Shown: in pieces, positions 10,767 through 23,695 of the stretch
How positions within the stretch are numbered: the stretch's first letter is position 1
Layout of the letters: each line of letters opens with the position of its first letter
Assembly: GCF_009914755.1 (NCBI RefSeq)
Contig: NC_060936.1
Origin: the human T2T-CHM13v2.0 reference genome, Homo sapiens
DNA: 64,000 bases
Direction: 5' to 3' (one strand)
The notes under the pieces: generated by a model
Told to the model about the DNA's origin: nothing
What the model saw: the letters and a program-made list of their open reading frames with translations, nothing else
The model's database searches: none
Position numbers and translations under genes: made by a program

Positions 10767-13375
10767 GGCCCCTGCAGGCTCCAGCTCAGCCCCCAGTCCC
10801 ACCAGGACCCTCACGGGGTGACCCTTTCAACGCCGGGGAAATGGGGGAAAAGCCAGCTCAGCCTGAGAGGAGGGTTTCCATAAAAATAGATTTCCCGGTC
10901 TAGACCATCTTCGGTCATTATTCAGAAAGTTGTGAAAAAGTCACACAGAGTTCACGATGGCCGTGCCTGAGATGGAAAGATTGTTCAAAGACAAATGAGT
11001 CCTGTTCCCTGCAGGGAGCTCTGACAAGGGACAGCTCTGAACATCTGGTCCTGGAGGCTGGCTGTGTGGACTCTGAGGGGGTCACTTGTTTGTTGAAGGC
11101 TTTCCTCTCTGAGTGCTTTGCCGTTTCAAACATGGGGCGCACCCACCCGAACCCAACCCTGGGGCGCCTTGGCTGGGGTGGCACTCCCTGGAGGAGGGTG
11201 GCTGGTCCACGCCCCTGCCGCTCAGCCCAGGCTCACGCTGGGAAAGGGCCCAGACTCAGCTGGGCCCAAACAGGGCTTTCTGCTTTAAAATAATGAATTA
11301 CTTGCAGACATTTCAAAGCTGGGAGATGCCACATAAAAACCTGGAGTTCTATGTTCCCTTGGCAAATAGAGGATCTGAGAAGGTGCTGCCGGCCAGCTGT
11401 GCTGGTGGCCCTGCCGGCGGTCCCTGAGGCCGGCGCAGATAGGATCATTCTGTCCCTGTTTTATGAACAAAACAGACACCAAGGGCCACAGAGGGACCTG
11501 GCTGCTCTGTTTCCAGAGCCCCACCCCACCAGCGGCACCCTCAGGCATGACCTTCCCGGCCCCTGTAGGAGCCTGAGTTTGAGACCCATGAACTGGCTCC
11601 TGCTCCCAGGGGCCGCTTTATTGTATCTCTGATGCTTTTTCCCAGGAGTCTGGAGGAGATGAATGGGGTTTGTCATTAACAGGACAGGGATTTGAGGTGT
11701 TTTGTCAACCAGACGTGCAACTGGTGCGGAGAAGTCAGTGGCTTCCTCCTCTCCCTCCTGCTCTTCATCCTCCCCTTCTTCTCCTTATTCAGAAGGAGCT
11801 GACATTCTCTTATTAAAAAGAACACAGGGTGAATCATGGTTTTGATGTGTGGTTACATATGTTTATACATTAAAGTAAATGTATATTATTTCTTAAGGGC
11901 AAAGTCTTAAGCAGTAATCTCCATAAAATCATGTGTTTGGTACACCCTTTTAAAAATGCATTATATACTTAACTATTAAACAAAATACTCACACGCTTCT
12001 CATACTTGCAGGGACCTAGGATCGTCCTGTGAGCACCACCGTGGGCAGCCTGCCCCTTGAGCCAGGGCAGGGAACTAATAGAGGCCTGGGCCGGGCAGCT
12101 CAGAAACAGCCCCAGGTGCACACCTAGGTGAACTGTGATTTTGGGGTAAACCACCCGCCCTCCAGAGCTGCCTTGTTATCTGTAAGACAGGGATAGAACA
12201 ACCTTGTGTGTGCCAGCCTCAGGGGCTGCTGGCTGCCAGATCGCATGCGACAGTCATTTGGGAAACGGCAGGCTTGCTCGCTCTTGGACCGGAGCCTGCC
12301 GGGCAGTGGTCTTTGCACCACTCAGCCTGCAGGTGACCCAAACACTGTTTCAGTTTCAAGACAGTGGCCAATATTTACATCAGACGATTCTTACCTTAGC
12401 ATCAGAATTGCTAGCTTCTTCCTGAAACCTGAACTTCTCGCGGTGCAGGTCTGACCTGCTGTGTGGCAGGACAGTGGGGCTGAATGGTGGCCCCCCTGGA
12501 GTTTGCCATCATCCCCACCTGGATGGTCCCTGGGGACATCTGAGTTGTGACCTGTGGTGATGATGCCACCATTTCTCTGATGCCCTCACTTGTCCTGGGG
12601 TGAATGTTTCGATGCTCTTACCAGGAAAGGGTAGCAGGGACTTCACTGAGCACAGAAAATCGGGGGTCTTGGTGCTGGCCACTGGCGCAGAGAATGTGGG
12701 GAGGCACCCAGAAGGATCCTCCAGGGCCTGGTTCTTGGATGATCTTGTGGAGCCGGAGGGTGTGGGTGGGGGATGTGGGTGCAAAGGAGCTGCAGAGGAT
12801 ACCAGCCCTGGAAGGAGGAAGTTGTCTGGGGAGAAGAAGAGCAGGTGTGGACAGGGCAGAGGTCCGCCCTTTCCCTGTCCAGTGGAAAGCCTCGATGGGG
12901 AGCTGACCCAGCCACCTGAAGCGGCTTTTGCCTCCCACCCCACCCTTGAGGGTATAACTAGTGACCTTGGCAGGGAGACCGAGACCGAGACCACTTTGTG
13001 ACCTCCGCAGGGAGACGGAGACTGTGGTGGCCAGGACAGCATGTATTCAGAATCAAAGAAACAGGAAAGCAAACATCCAGTTATAGCTGGAGAGGAAGGT
13101 GTGCAGCTTAATGAGGCTCTGCAGAGACCCAGGGGCTTGGCCATCCACTCAGGGACACCAGGTGCCAGAGTGGACATGTCATGCATGAATCAGGGAGCAG
13201 TTCCCGGGGAACACACTGCACGCTGTTGCCGCAGCCTCCCCCTGCCTGGCGCCTCTGCCTGCACCCGCCTGGGAAGCACATTCTCCCTCTTCTGGGGTCT
13301 TTGCCCACGTCACATTCCCTCCCCACGGTCCTCCTTTCCTGGGTTATTTTTCTAGATGCCACTGCTGACATTGAC

Positions 13376-13501
13376 ATGACCTAGGGTTCCTTTGCAGTCG
13401 GGTTTGTTATCCGAGTCCCCCTGCGAGGAGAAGGCGCCGATGACCTAGGGTTCCTTCGCAGTCGGGTTTGTTATCCGAGTCCCCGAGGAGAAGGCACCAT
13501 G
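13376..13501. repeat. Tandem duplication, ~60-64 bp x2
   Basis: ATGACCTAGGGTTCCTT(T/C)GCAGTCGGGTTTGTTATCCGAGTCCCC...GAGGAGAAGGC at 13376 and 13440. Confidence 0.9.
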
Positions 13502-15989
13502 TGTCCTTGGACATTTTATTATCGGCTGCGCCCCAGGCCCCTGCACGGGGCAGTTGCCCAGCAGGTGAGGAAAGGGGGCCACTGCGCCCCAGCTGCCACT
13601 TGCCCACAGGGATATTTTTTTACAGAACTGATGATCCAGATTTTTTTGGTAAAGTTATGAACTGTCCCAATTTTTAAAATGTTAGCAAGTGATTCAAAAC
13701 AGCTTAAGTGCTGAACAGGCCAAACCCAGCCCTTCCATGGGGCCACATCCTGGACCTCCCAGAGCCCTTGGTTGGCATCATCCCGACAAGCCTCCCACTC
13801 CCCAGTGAGCCTCAGGTTCCGGAGCCTGCCCAGCGCTACCCCCAGCCCCCTGAGCCGCGTTCTTGCTGCCCCGACACTGATGAGCCAAGAGGAATGTTCC
13901 AGAAACAGCCTCATGGTACACAGTAAATATTTGTTGAATGAATGAATGAAGTAGACATAAGAAATTACATGTGAGTTAAAGAAAATCCAGCAGACACCGC
14001 TCCTGACTTCATGTCTATACGTCCTCCACTTGAAAACCTTGAGGACTCGTCACTCTCCCAGCTCAGATGTTTGGTTTCTAAAGGAAACTCCCACCAGGTA
14101 GCAGCCTTGCTGCTGGCTTCTCCCAGCTCCGTGTTCGGTCCCGGTGGGGTCACAGGCGCTGCGGCTCTGTCTGTCGCAGCCCAGGTGAGCCAGGAGGGGG
14201 ACGCCGACCTCCAACCCCGGCATGGCGTCTGCAACACAAAGGCTGTTCCTCCTGAGCGTGTGGGAGCAGCATTCGAGCCAGAGTTTGAAATTGATGGCTT
14301 TAGGCCAGCAGAATAATTTGATTTAGCTGGCAACAGTTACGAATTGGTTGATTTCACATGAAATCTGCACTAGGGCCTGCGGGCACAGCTGGGCGCATTC
14401 CCCAGTGGTAACTGTCGGATTGTCCGCAGCTGAGTGTCTGCCCATGCGAGGCTGCGGCCCTCCCCGCCCTGCGGCCCTGCCAACCTGTGCCCTCCTGGGC
14501 AGGGCCCAGCCTGGCCCCTGTGGGCAGGTGAGTTGTTGCCCCTGCTTTCAGCTGGGAGCCTGCAGGCCTCAAGTACATCAACCCAAAGCTGAGCAAAGAG
14601 CAAAGTGCAGGGTGGGGTTGGGAGCGAGACAGGCCAGGGTCCTGTGCACCCTGGAGCAGCCCGGCCCGGGGCTGAGCATGCCGTGCATTTTCTCAGATGG
14701 CCTCCTGTCCGGGTTCATTGCTTCCTCCCACAGCTCTGGTGAAGAGCTGGGGAGAGGCCTTACTACCTTTCTGCAGATGAGGAAACTGAGACTTGTGGAG
14801 GTCCTGTGAGTCCAGACCTGCCACTAAGCACTGGAAACGGGAGTAGGAACCGCATCTTTGGGCCCCTGGACTGACAGGGGTGAAAACCATCCCTTTGGGT
14901 GCATACCAGCTCTGGGCTCCTCCAGCAGCCACGCTCACTGCCCTGGCAAAACATGACTTGGCTGTGGGCGTGTGGAACGCACGGCTTTGTCCTTGCAGAC
15001 ACCATGCAGGCCTCTCCCCTGCAGGCTGCGTGTGGGCAGGAGGCTGGCTCTCCTTCTCTACACCCTTTGGTGAGGGAGGCAGTGCTGCCTGAGGGCCATG
15101 GGGTGCCCAGCACTGGACAGAGGAAGACGCCAAAGCTCGGGTCCCGGGATGGAGGGCCCTGCGCACGCACACAGGGCCACACGGGGATGCACGTGGGGCA
15201 GAGTGCACCCGCAGGGCTGGGGAACGGGCTCGTGCGGCTGGGGAGCAGGCTCGTAGTGACCGGAGGGCATAGTGACTGGAGGGCGGGGCGCCCTGGTTCC
15301 CTCGGGAGGATGTGAGTGGCTTCTTGGATAATTCTGCAGGTGGGTGGGACTGAAACCCACCACCCTGGGATGAGTGGGAAGTGCACCTGTTCCCCATGAG
15401 GAGGGGGGTCTTTTGGGGACCTTATTCTGAGGAGCAGAGTTGGGAGGGAAGCATTTGGCCGGGCCACTAGAGGTTCCCTGGTTCTACCAGGCGTCAAGAC
15501 AGCAGGGAAGACTGGGTGTTAACTTCAGGCCTCACACCGTGTAGGAACTCCATCAACAAGAAATAGAGGTTCTAATTGGGTTTCCATAGAGTGAACTGAA
15601 TCTCTACACACCTCTGTGGGGACTTAGAACAGGTTCTGATAAAGCATCGCTTTCTCACTGGCAGCTGTGAAGTCCTAGCTATGTGGGAAGTGGTGTTAGG
15701 ACCATTTAATGATCGCTGAGTCTTGTTAGAAGGATGAAGCGGCCGTCCTCACATGGGTGCCCTTGTGTCCTGTGTGCACAAAAGCATCGGGGCCGAGGAG
15801 GCCACGCTGTGTCTGCAGAGCTGGGTCCGCGCGTGTTGCTGTCCGGCTCCCAGGAACCCGTCCACCCACGAGTTCCCCCCTTGACAGGAGAGGCAGAAGC
15901 ACAGGGGGCTGAGGGGACCGGTCCTGGGTGGGGTCACAAGAGACTCGCAGCTCCTGGTCTCAGAGGACTGGCTCTGCACCCTTTTTCTT

Positions 15990-16650
15990 TTAAAAGTGGC
16001 CCTCTGAAAATATTTATTTGTAATTCTGTAAACATAATTACATCTCCATTAAGAACCTGAAACATTCCAAATGCTGGCAGTGTCCTTTTCACCACGATTC
16101 CCAGGCCTGGTTTATCTTCCCCTCCCCTGAGAACCCCGCTGCCCTCCCTCCCACGGCTGTCCTTCCAGATTTCCCCTCGTGTTTAGATTTGCACCCATTG
16201 GAAACCTCTGGGTGTGCGAGTTTCTTTTTACACACACACGACGGCATCACGCTGCCAGTGTGGTTCTGAGCCGCAGCGGCGCTCTGGGAGACTTCCTTCC
16301 AGCACACAGAGCTACTTCATTAAAGGACAAAAATGAAACCGAAACCCGAAGAGCACGCCCGCCTCGCGCCGTATTCCACCGCGTGGCTGCGCCGCGGTTC
16401 GTGTGGCTGGTCCCTGCGGGGCCGCTCTGTTACCGATGTTCAGGCTTCGCCCTCTTGTTCCTCGTGCGTGGTGCTCGGGAGCGCCTTCTCCGCAGGCCGT
16501 GGTGCGCGTGCCGGTGGGTTTCTGCGGCGTGTGCCACGCAGTGGTGTTGCAGCGCCAGGAGCGGATCCGAATGCGAATGGCTGCTGTCCAGGGGGCCTCC
16601 AGGCAGGCACACGCCTCCCACACCACCCGCGGGCGCATTGGGCATGCCGA
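15990..16650 (-). mobile_element. L1ME-like 3-prime fossil, strongly GC/CpG enriched in its distal half
   Basis: L1 3-prime antisense landmarks occur in the expected order: ttttacac..ggcatcacgctg..gttctg, ctgggagacttccttcc..ctacttcatt, gtattcca, tttctg..agtgg..ttgc, cctcca..cacc. Confidence 0.6.
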
Positions 16651-16800
16651 AATCCGGGAGAGCGTGGATGAGCCTGGCCCTCGTCCCCCAGTCCCCAGGG
16701 CAGCCCGCAGGACCTGTGGGTCTCCAGGTCGCGGCCGTCATGTGGGCTGAGCCCTCCGTCCAGCACTGCTTCATGTGGACGCCGTAGGCGGGACAGTGTT
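16200..16800. promoter_or_regulatory. Intronic CpG-island-like segment
   Basis: Visibly dense CpG and very high GC (e.g. cgcctcgcgccgtattccaccgcgtggctgcgccgcggttcg); the CpG observed/expected ratio was not computed. Confidence 0.6.
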
Positions 16801-17084
16801 CGGGAGGCAGGGATCTCGTCTTCTCCCGAAACCTGGTGCCATCATGTTGGTCTCTGGGCATCAGCCCCAGGCAGGGAGGGCGACAGGAGGATCCTGAAAC
16901 TCTGTTCACAAGGGGCTCCAGGAGGAGAAGAGCGGGGCAGCCTCTGTCAGCGCACGCCCGGGAGCTGCGGCAGGGCAGTGCTGTACAGGGACCCCCCCCA
17001 CCCCCGCCTCCCTGCCCGGGCACATCCGGCCCACAGGCCAGCCTCGCTCAGCACACGGCTGTACCTGGATCACGCCCATGCCCA

Positions 17085-17230
17085 CCGGGTTCCTTCTTAC
17101 AACAGCTGAGAGGGATGTGGGGATTTACAGTTGGGGAAACTGAGGCTCAGGGAAGTCACCATGCTGCCCAAATCCACAGCGGAGTTGGGATTAGAGTTGA
17201 GTCTCATTCCGAAGATCATGCTTTCTCCTT
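17085..17230 (-). mobile_element. MIR fragment
   Basis: atttacagttggggaaactgaggctcagggaagt...ctgcccaaatccacagc is the MIR core. Confidence 0.65.
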
Positions 17231-17339
17231 GGGGGACAAAGCACCACAGCTGCCGGCACCAGGCGGCCAGCGAGGGAGCTGCCCTGCGGTCCTCAGGGCG
17301 GGCACAGGCTGAGATGTGACCAAGGTGATAGCGCCCGTC

Positions 17340-19090
17340 CTGGTCAGTGCTCCCTGCCTTGTCCATATCCTTCCTGGTCAGTGCTCCCTGCCTTGTCCAT
17401 ATCCTTCCTGGTGGTGCTCCCGCCCTGGTTGGTGCTCCCTCCCTGGTCAGTGTCCTCCCTGGGGAGTGCTCCCTCCTTGCTCAGTGTCCTCCCTGGTGAG
17501 TGTCCTCCCTGGTCAGTGTCCTCCCTGGTCAGCACTTCTCCCAGGTCAGTGTCCTTCCCGGTCAGCGTCCTCCCTGGTCAATGCTCCCTCCCAGGTCAGT
17601 GTCCTCCCTGGTCAGTGCTCCCTCTCTGCTCGGTGTCCTCCCTGGTCAGTGTCCTTCCTGGTCAATGCTCCCTCCCTGGTCAGTGTCCTCCCTGGTCAGT
17701 GTCCTCCCTGGTCAATGCTCCTCCCTGGTCAGTGTCCTCCTGGTCAGTACTCCCTCCCTGGTCAATGCTCCCTCCCTGGTCAGTGCTCCCTCCCTGGTCA
17801 GTGTCCTCCCTGTTCAGTGCTCCCTCCCTGTTCAGTGCTCCCTCCCTGGTCAGTGTCCTCCCTGGTCAGTGCTCCTCCCTGGTCAGTGTCCTCCTGGTCA
17901 GTGTCCTCCCTGGTCAGTGCTCCCTCCCTGGTCAGTGTCCTCCCTTGTCAGTGTCCTCCGTGGTCAGTGCTCCTCCCTGGTCAGTGTCCTCCTGGTCAGT
18001 GTCCTCCCTGGTCAGTGCTCCCTCCCTGGTCAGTGCTCCCTCCCTGGTCAGTGTCCTCCCTGGTCAATGCTCCCTCCCTGGTCAGTGCTCCCTCCCTGGT
18101 CAGTGTCCTCCCTTGTCAGTGTCCTCCCTGGTCAGTGCTCCTCCCTGGTCAGTGTCCTCCTGGTCAGTGCTCCCTCCCTGGTCAATGCTCCCTCCCTGGT
18201 CAGTGCTCCCTCCCTGGTCAGTGTCCTCCCTGGTCAGTGCTCCCTCCCTGGTCAGTGTCCTCCCTGGTCAGTGCTCCTCCCTGGTCAGTGTCCTCCCTGG
18301 TCAGGGTCCTCCCTGGTCAGCGCTCCCTCCCTGGTCAGTGTCCTCTCTCCCTGGTCAGTGTCCTCCCTGGTCAGCGCTCCCTCCCTGGTCAGTGTCCTCC
18401 CTGGTCAGTGCCCCCTCCCTGGTCAATGCTCCCTCCCTGGTCAGTGCCCCCTCCCTGGCCAGTGTCCTCCCTGGTGAGTGCTCCCTCCCTGGTCAGTGTC
18501 CTCCCTGGTCAGTGCCCCCTCCCTGGGCAGTGTCCTCCCTGGTCAGTGCTCCCTCCCTGGTCAGTGTCCTCCCTGGTCAGTGCCCCCTCCCTGGGCAGTG
18601 TCCTCCCTGGTGAGTGCTCCCTCCCTGGTCAGTGCCCCCTCCCTGGGCAGTGTCCTCCCTGGTCAGTGCTCCCTCCCTGGTCAGTGTCCTCCCTGGGCAG
18701 TGTCCTCCCTGGGCAGTGTCCTCCCTGGTGAGTGCTCCCTCCCTGGTCAGTGTCCTCCCTGGTCAGTGTCCTCCCTGGTCAGTGCTCCCTCCCTGGTCAA
18801 TGCTCCCTCCCTGGCCAGTGTCCTCCCTGGTGAGTGCTCCCTCCCTGGTCAGTGTCCTCCCTGGTCAATGCTCCCTCCCTGGTCAGCGCTCCCTCCCTGG
18901 TCAGTGTCCTCCCTGGTGAGTGCTCCCTCTCTAGTCAGTGTCCTCCCTGGTCAGTGTCCTCCCTCGTCAATGCTCCTCCCTGGTCAGTGCTCCCTCCCTG
19001 GTCACTGCTCCCTCTTTAGTCAGTGGCCTCCCTGGTCAGTGTCCCCCCTAATCAGTGTTCCTTTCCTGGTCAGTGTCTTCCCTGGTTTGT
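17340..19090. repeat. C-rich minisatellite with interleaved 15-18 bp units, ~100 copies
   Basis: Main units are CCCTGGTCAGTGTCCT (16 bp) and CCCTGGTCAGTGCTCCCT (18 bp), plus variants. A 34-bp duplication sits at the left edge. Confidence 0.97.
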
Positions 19091-20861
19091 CTCTAAGGCA
19101 GGGAGGACGGAGCCCATTGAGGGCAGGGGCGAGTCCTGTGAAGATCTCCAGCCCTGGGTGTGGCCAGTCTCTGTCCTTGTGTGCTGGCCTGGAGGAGGGG
19201 AGTCAGGTGATCCACGGCGAGGAGACGTTGTGGTTTGGAGACTGCTCCGGTGTCCTCCGCACCTGGAGCCTGGACAATGGGGGGACAGCTCTGAAGGGCA
19301 GATGGGTGGGAGCATTCCAGGAGCAGGCAGCCCCGGGCCCCCTTTTGCACCCCTTCCGCAGCCATCCAGGGAGCCCCCTGTCGGGAGGAGAGGGGCAGAT
19401 ACAGAGTCAGGTCAGCAGCCTGGTGAGAGGAGCCATAGAGGCAGTGACATAATGTGCAATGTGAGGACAGTTGCACCGCCCTGTGAGCTCACGTGGGGAC
19501 ACTTCCTCTGCCGGGCTGGGGCTGGGACTCTCCTCCATGGCTGTGACCGTTCCAGACAAGAGTTAGCCAGCCATTGTCAGTGCCAGGGACGTCACGACTG
19601 TGCGTGGCTCTGGGGGTTGGGTGAAGCCATAAATTCCCCACCTCAGCATTTCTTGGAAGACGTGGGTCAGTGGGAGGAGGCTTGGCTCAGCGTAAAGACA
19701 TCATCACCAACAGCCACCCCCAAAGAATGACAGCCCTGCTGATGGCCTGCTTCTCCCTCAAGTAAGGGTCTGAGATGAACATCTGATACTTGCAGAACCA
19801 GGCCCTGTGGACCTGGCCCCCACTTTCAGCCCCTTCTCCTCCAAGCCCAGGATGGGGCTCTGCCAGTCATCTCCACATCCCATGTCACAGGGGTGAGATG
19901 GGGGTGGCAGAGGCAGAGTGTCGGCTCCCCTGAAGGGGGTTGGGGGCTTCACATGTGCTCTTGACCTCTCACCAGCTGGACTTGCTGGTGGTCAAAGGCC
20001 CTTCAACCCTGAAACAGGGAGAGCAGATGCTTGTCGGTCACAGAGCTCTCTCTGGCCCTGCCCCAGCACTGGGGCTTATGCACACAGTGTGCTGAGTGGA
20101 AGGCTGAGGGCGCAGGGTCAGCCGGGGCCAGCAGTGCTTCTGACACTGTGAATCCAGCAGCGGACGGCACGGTGGGTGGGCAGCCCCGCACCATCTGTGA
20201 GTCTCGCACTCCCCAGGGAGCACGTTTCCTTTCACACATCCTGCAGCTGGCCAGGAGTGCACCTATGTCTGTCGTGGAGAGCTGGAAGCAGCCGCCCATC
20301 CTCGGGTGTCTTCCTGCACCCCCGCTGCTACAGCTGTGGGGCGGCCCAGATGTGCAGAGGGGCCTGCCCATCTTTCCCGGGTTTGAGCCCACAGCCTACG
20401 GGAAGCGCTGAGATGGGTGTGTGCATGTGGGGCGTGGCCACCGAGGGAGTCTCTGGTGATCCGGGGCTCCATGGATTTGCGGGGCGGACGGCCCAGCCAG
20501 GCACCCTCCCAGCTGACGTGCAGATCAGTAATTTCTTCCACAATGATAATAGGTTGTCGATCCAGTAGCTTTTTATAGTTCACAGAAATACTCTTGTGTT
20601 CTGAGAAACCAGTCTTCATTTGTGGGCAGGGCAGGGATAATTTTCAGATGCTGGCGTGGCCCTCCTGTGCACCACGGGGCTACACCCACATTCCAGGAGC
20701 CAGGTCCCTCCTGAAGGGCTGGGCGGCAGGGCCTGCTGTCTCCCCTCTCCGAGACTGTGCAGGGAAAGGGCCTCCAGCTGGTGGGGAAGAAGCCTGCTTA
20801 GCTTCCTGACACTCAGGGCAAGAGGAGGGGTCTGAGAAGGAAGAAAGAAAGGAAGCACAAG

Positions 20862-20930
20862 GAGAATGGGTTTTAAGGGATGGGAGAGAGAGAGAGAGGG
20901 TGAGAATGGGTTTTAAGGGATGGGAGAGAG
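20862..20930. repeat. Short direct duplication around a (GA)n tract
   Basis: GAGAATGGGTTTTAAGGGATGGGAGAGAG occurs twice (~20862, ~20902). Confidence 0.8.
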
Positions 20931-22105
20931 GGCGAGGCCAAAGGCCGAGGAAGGGAGTTTGGAAAAGCGGATGATACTTCATATGCTGTACGTCACGAGC
21001 ACTCTGGAGCTGGACCCTCAGGCTCAGGTGCCTGCTCCTTTGTGGATTAGCTGTGTGACTGTGACCGAGTCCCTGGGGTCTCTGGTCTCAGCTTCCTGCC
21101 TTATCAGGCGGGGCCTTGGATACTGTCTGAGCCCAGGGCTGGCACAAGGGCTGCATGCCGCACATATGGTGGGACCTGGCCTTGGGGGGCAGGTTGTGAG
21201 CCCTGCGCTGTCAGGCATGGCCCTGATACCCGTCCTCTGCTCCTCTCACTCCCGCCCCACCTGTGTGCCTCCTGCACACTCATGCCCCATGCACTTCCTC
21301 CACTCGATGTGGAGAAACGTCTTTTCGATCTCCACGCCTACTTTTCCCTCACTCTAAGCCATTATAGCCAGAGATTCTGGACACAGAGTGTTGACTATGT
21401 CACTTCCTAATATGCCTTAGAATGCACATGTCACTGAAATAAAGTGCTCATCCGTGCACCACCCAGAGTGACCTTGTAGATCAGCAGTGACCTCATGACT
21501 TGTCTCCTGGCGAGCACTGGTTAATGGGATTGCCGGCCTCCCTGGCTGCCCCACAGGATCATAACCATGTGCTTTCAAGTGTGTGCTGCCGTCTGGGGTG
21601 CGAGCAGGGGCGGCCGTGTAGGCTGCAGAGTGAGGGCAGGTTTGGGGCCGGGCAGTGGGGCTGCCTTTAGGAATGGCTTTCCTGGAGCGGGGGAGAGCAT
21701 GGGCCCAGCCGTCCAGCAGGACCAGCTGTGCCTGTGAGTGGGGTCCGTGGGGGACTCGGAGCCACTCCCAGTCAAGGTCTCTGGCTGGAGAGGGCGTCGG
21801 GGGAGACACAGCAGGAAAAGATGGGAACCGAGCATCTAAAACCTGGACAAGCAGGACAGTTGTTTGTGGCTTGCAGATGTCACCCTGGTGGTCCAGGAAG
21901 AGTCCTCTGCCTGGGCTTGGCCCTCTACCTGGGAAACTGGGCACGAATGCTTCTCTTGCATAGTGCTTGGCACATAGATTGGATACACGGGGGTCCAGGA
22001 ATGCGTGCAGGAAGCTGGGAATTCAGTGTGTCCTCCTGGGCCAGCACAAACCTCATCGCCTCTTGGTGGCCTGTTACATAACACATTTTCCTGTCTCAAG
22101 TTGAA

Positions 22106-22146
22106 ATCACCATCGTCATCGTCATCATCATCATCATCATCATCAA
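22106..22146. repeat. (CAT)n microsatellite
   Basis: atcaccatcgtcatcgtcatcatcatcatcatcatcatca. Confidence 0.9.
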
Positions 22147-22302
22147 TGAGATTCTCAGTCAGGACATCCGGTGCTATTCATAGCCAGGAAGTGCTGTTAG
22201 TTGGGCAGGCCAAGTACTCTGGAGTTGCTGGAACTAAAATTTGACTTGTGTTTTTCTAGCCCAAATTTCCCAAGATCACGAGCCACTCGTGTGTTGCCCT
22301 GT

Positions 22303-23046
22303 GTGTTAGTCTGTTCATTGCTATAAGAAATACCTGAGGCTGGGTAATTTATTTTAAAAAAAGAGGTTTAATTGCCTCACGGTTCTGCAGGGGGAACAGG
22401 AAGCATGGTGCTGACCTCTGCTCAGCTTCTGGGAAGGCCTCCGGGAGCTACAGTCATGGCAGAAGGTGGAGGGAACCAGGCACGTCTTACATGGGCAGAT
22501 CAAGAGAGGTGGGGGGTGCCACACACTTTTAAGCGACCAGATCCACGAGAACGCATGATCGTGGGGACAGTGCCAAGAGGGATGGTGTTAAGCCAGCGGT
22601 CCCCAGACATTTTGGCACCAGGGACTGGTTTCGTGGAAGACAATTTTTGCACGGATGGGGTGGGGGATGGATTCGGGATGAAACTGTTCCCCCTCAGATC
22701 ATCAGGCACTAGACTCTCATGAGGAGCTTGAAACCTAGATACCTCACAAGCAGAGTTCACGGTCGGTTTGCATTCCTATGAGAATCAAACGCCCGGCTGA
22801 TCTGATAGGAGGGGAGCTCAGGTGGGAATGCCTGCTTGCCCACCGCTCTGTGTGCTGTGTGCCCGGTTCCTAACAGGCCACGGGCTGGTCCCGGTTCACG
22901 GCCCGGGTGTTGGGAACCCCTGTGTTAAACCATTCATGAGAACACCGCCCGCATGATCCAGTCACCTCCCAGCAGGCCCCGCCTGCAACACTGGGGATTA
23001 TAGTTCAACATGAGATTTGGTGGGGACACAGATCTGAACCACGTCC
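22303..23046 (-). mobile_element. MST-family (MSTB-like) MaLR solo LTR, split by MER1B
   Basis: tgtgttagtctgttcattgctataagaaatacctgaggctgggtaattta...gatggtgttaa, resuming with cattcatgagaac...catgagatttggtggggacacagatc. Confidence 0.85.
22594..22922. mobile_element. MER1B (hAT-Charlie MITE)
   Basis: Termini cagcggtcccca...tgggaacccctg and internal ggcaccagggactggtttcgtggaagacaattttt. The 8-bp TSD is tgttaagc (22586-22593) / tgttaaac (22923-22930). Confidence 0.88.
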
Positions 23047-23376
23047 TGCCTCAGACGGGCACTGTCCTGCCCAGCTGGGGGAGGAAGATGCACAAAGTCT
23101 CGCCCATGTCCCGGGGTGCTCGTGCTTGTGGGAAGTTCAGGATTATGCTGCCCCAGGAACGATTCCTTGTTTCTTTTGATTGACATCAACAATAGCCAAT
23201 GGCCTGCTTCATTTTCCTTCTTTTCTGCTGTTTGATTTGAAACAGAACTTGGGTGTTTGTATTCAAATGGTAATTTTCCATCAAAATTCCTGTTTAAACA
23301 AATTGGGAATCTCAGGAACAACATATAATGTTCTGGAGGAGAAGATCCTTGAGAGAGCAGTGGATATCTGTTTTCT

Positions 23377-23695
23377 TTCTTTCTTTCTTTTCTTTGTTTT
23401 TTTTTTTTTTGGAGCCAAAGTCTCACTCTGTTGCCCAGGCTGGAGGGCAGTGGCGATATCTTGGCTCACTGCAACCTCCATCTCCCAGGTTCAAGCTATT
23501 CTCGTCCTTCAGCCTCCTGAGTAGCTGGGATTACAGGTGCCCGCCACCACGCCAGGCGAATTTTTTTGCATATTTAGTAGAGGCGGGGTTTTACCATGTT
23601 GACCAGGCTGGTCTCAAACTCCTGACCTCAGGCAGTCCACCTGCCTTGGCCTCCCAAAGTGCTGGGATTTCAGGTGTGAGCTACCGCGCCCAGGC
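23377..23695 (-). mobile_element. AluS element
   Basis: Full antisense dimer with T-rich tail; TSD gatatctgttttc / gatagctgttttc. Confidence 0.95.

Noticed and set aside
17316-19452. ORFs of 471, 410, 325 and 324 aa (PGQC/PPWS repeats)
   Set aside because: Minisatellite artefact; open in all three frames.
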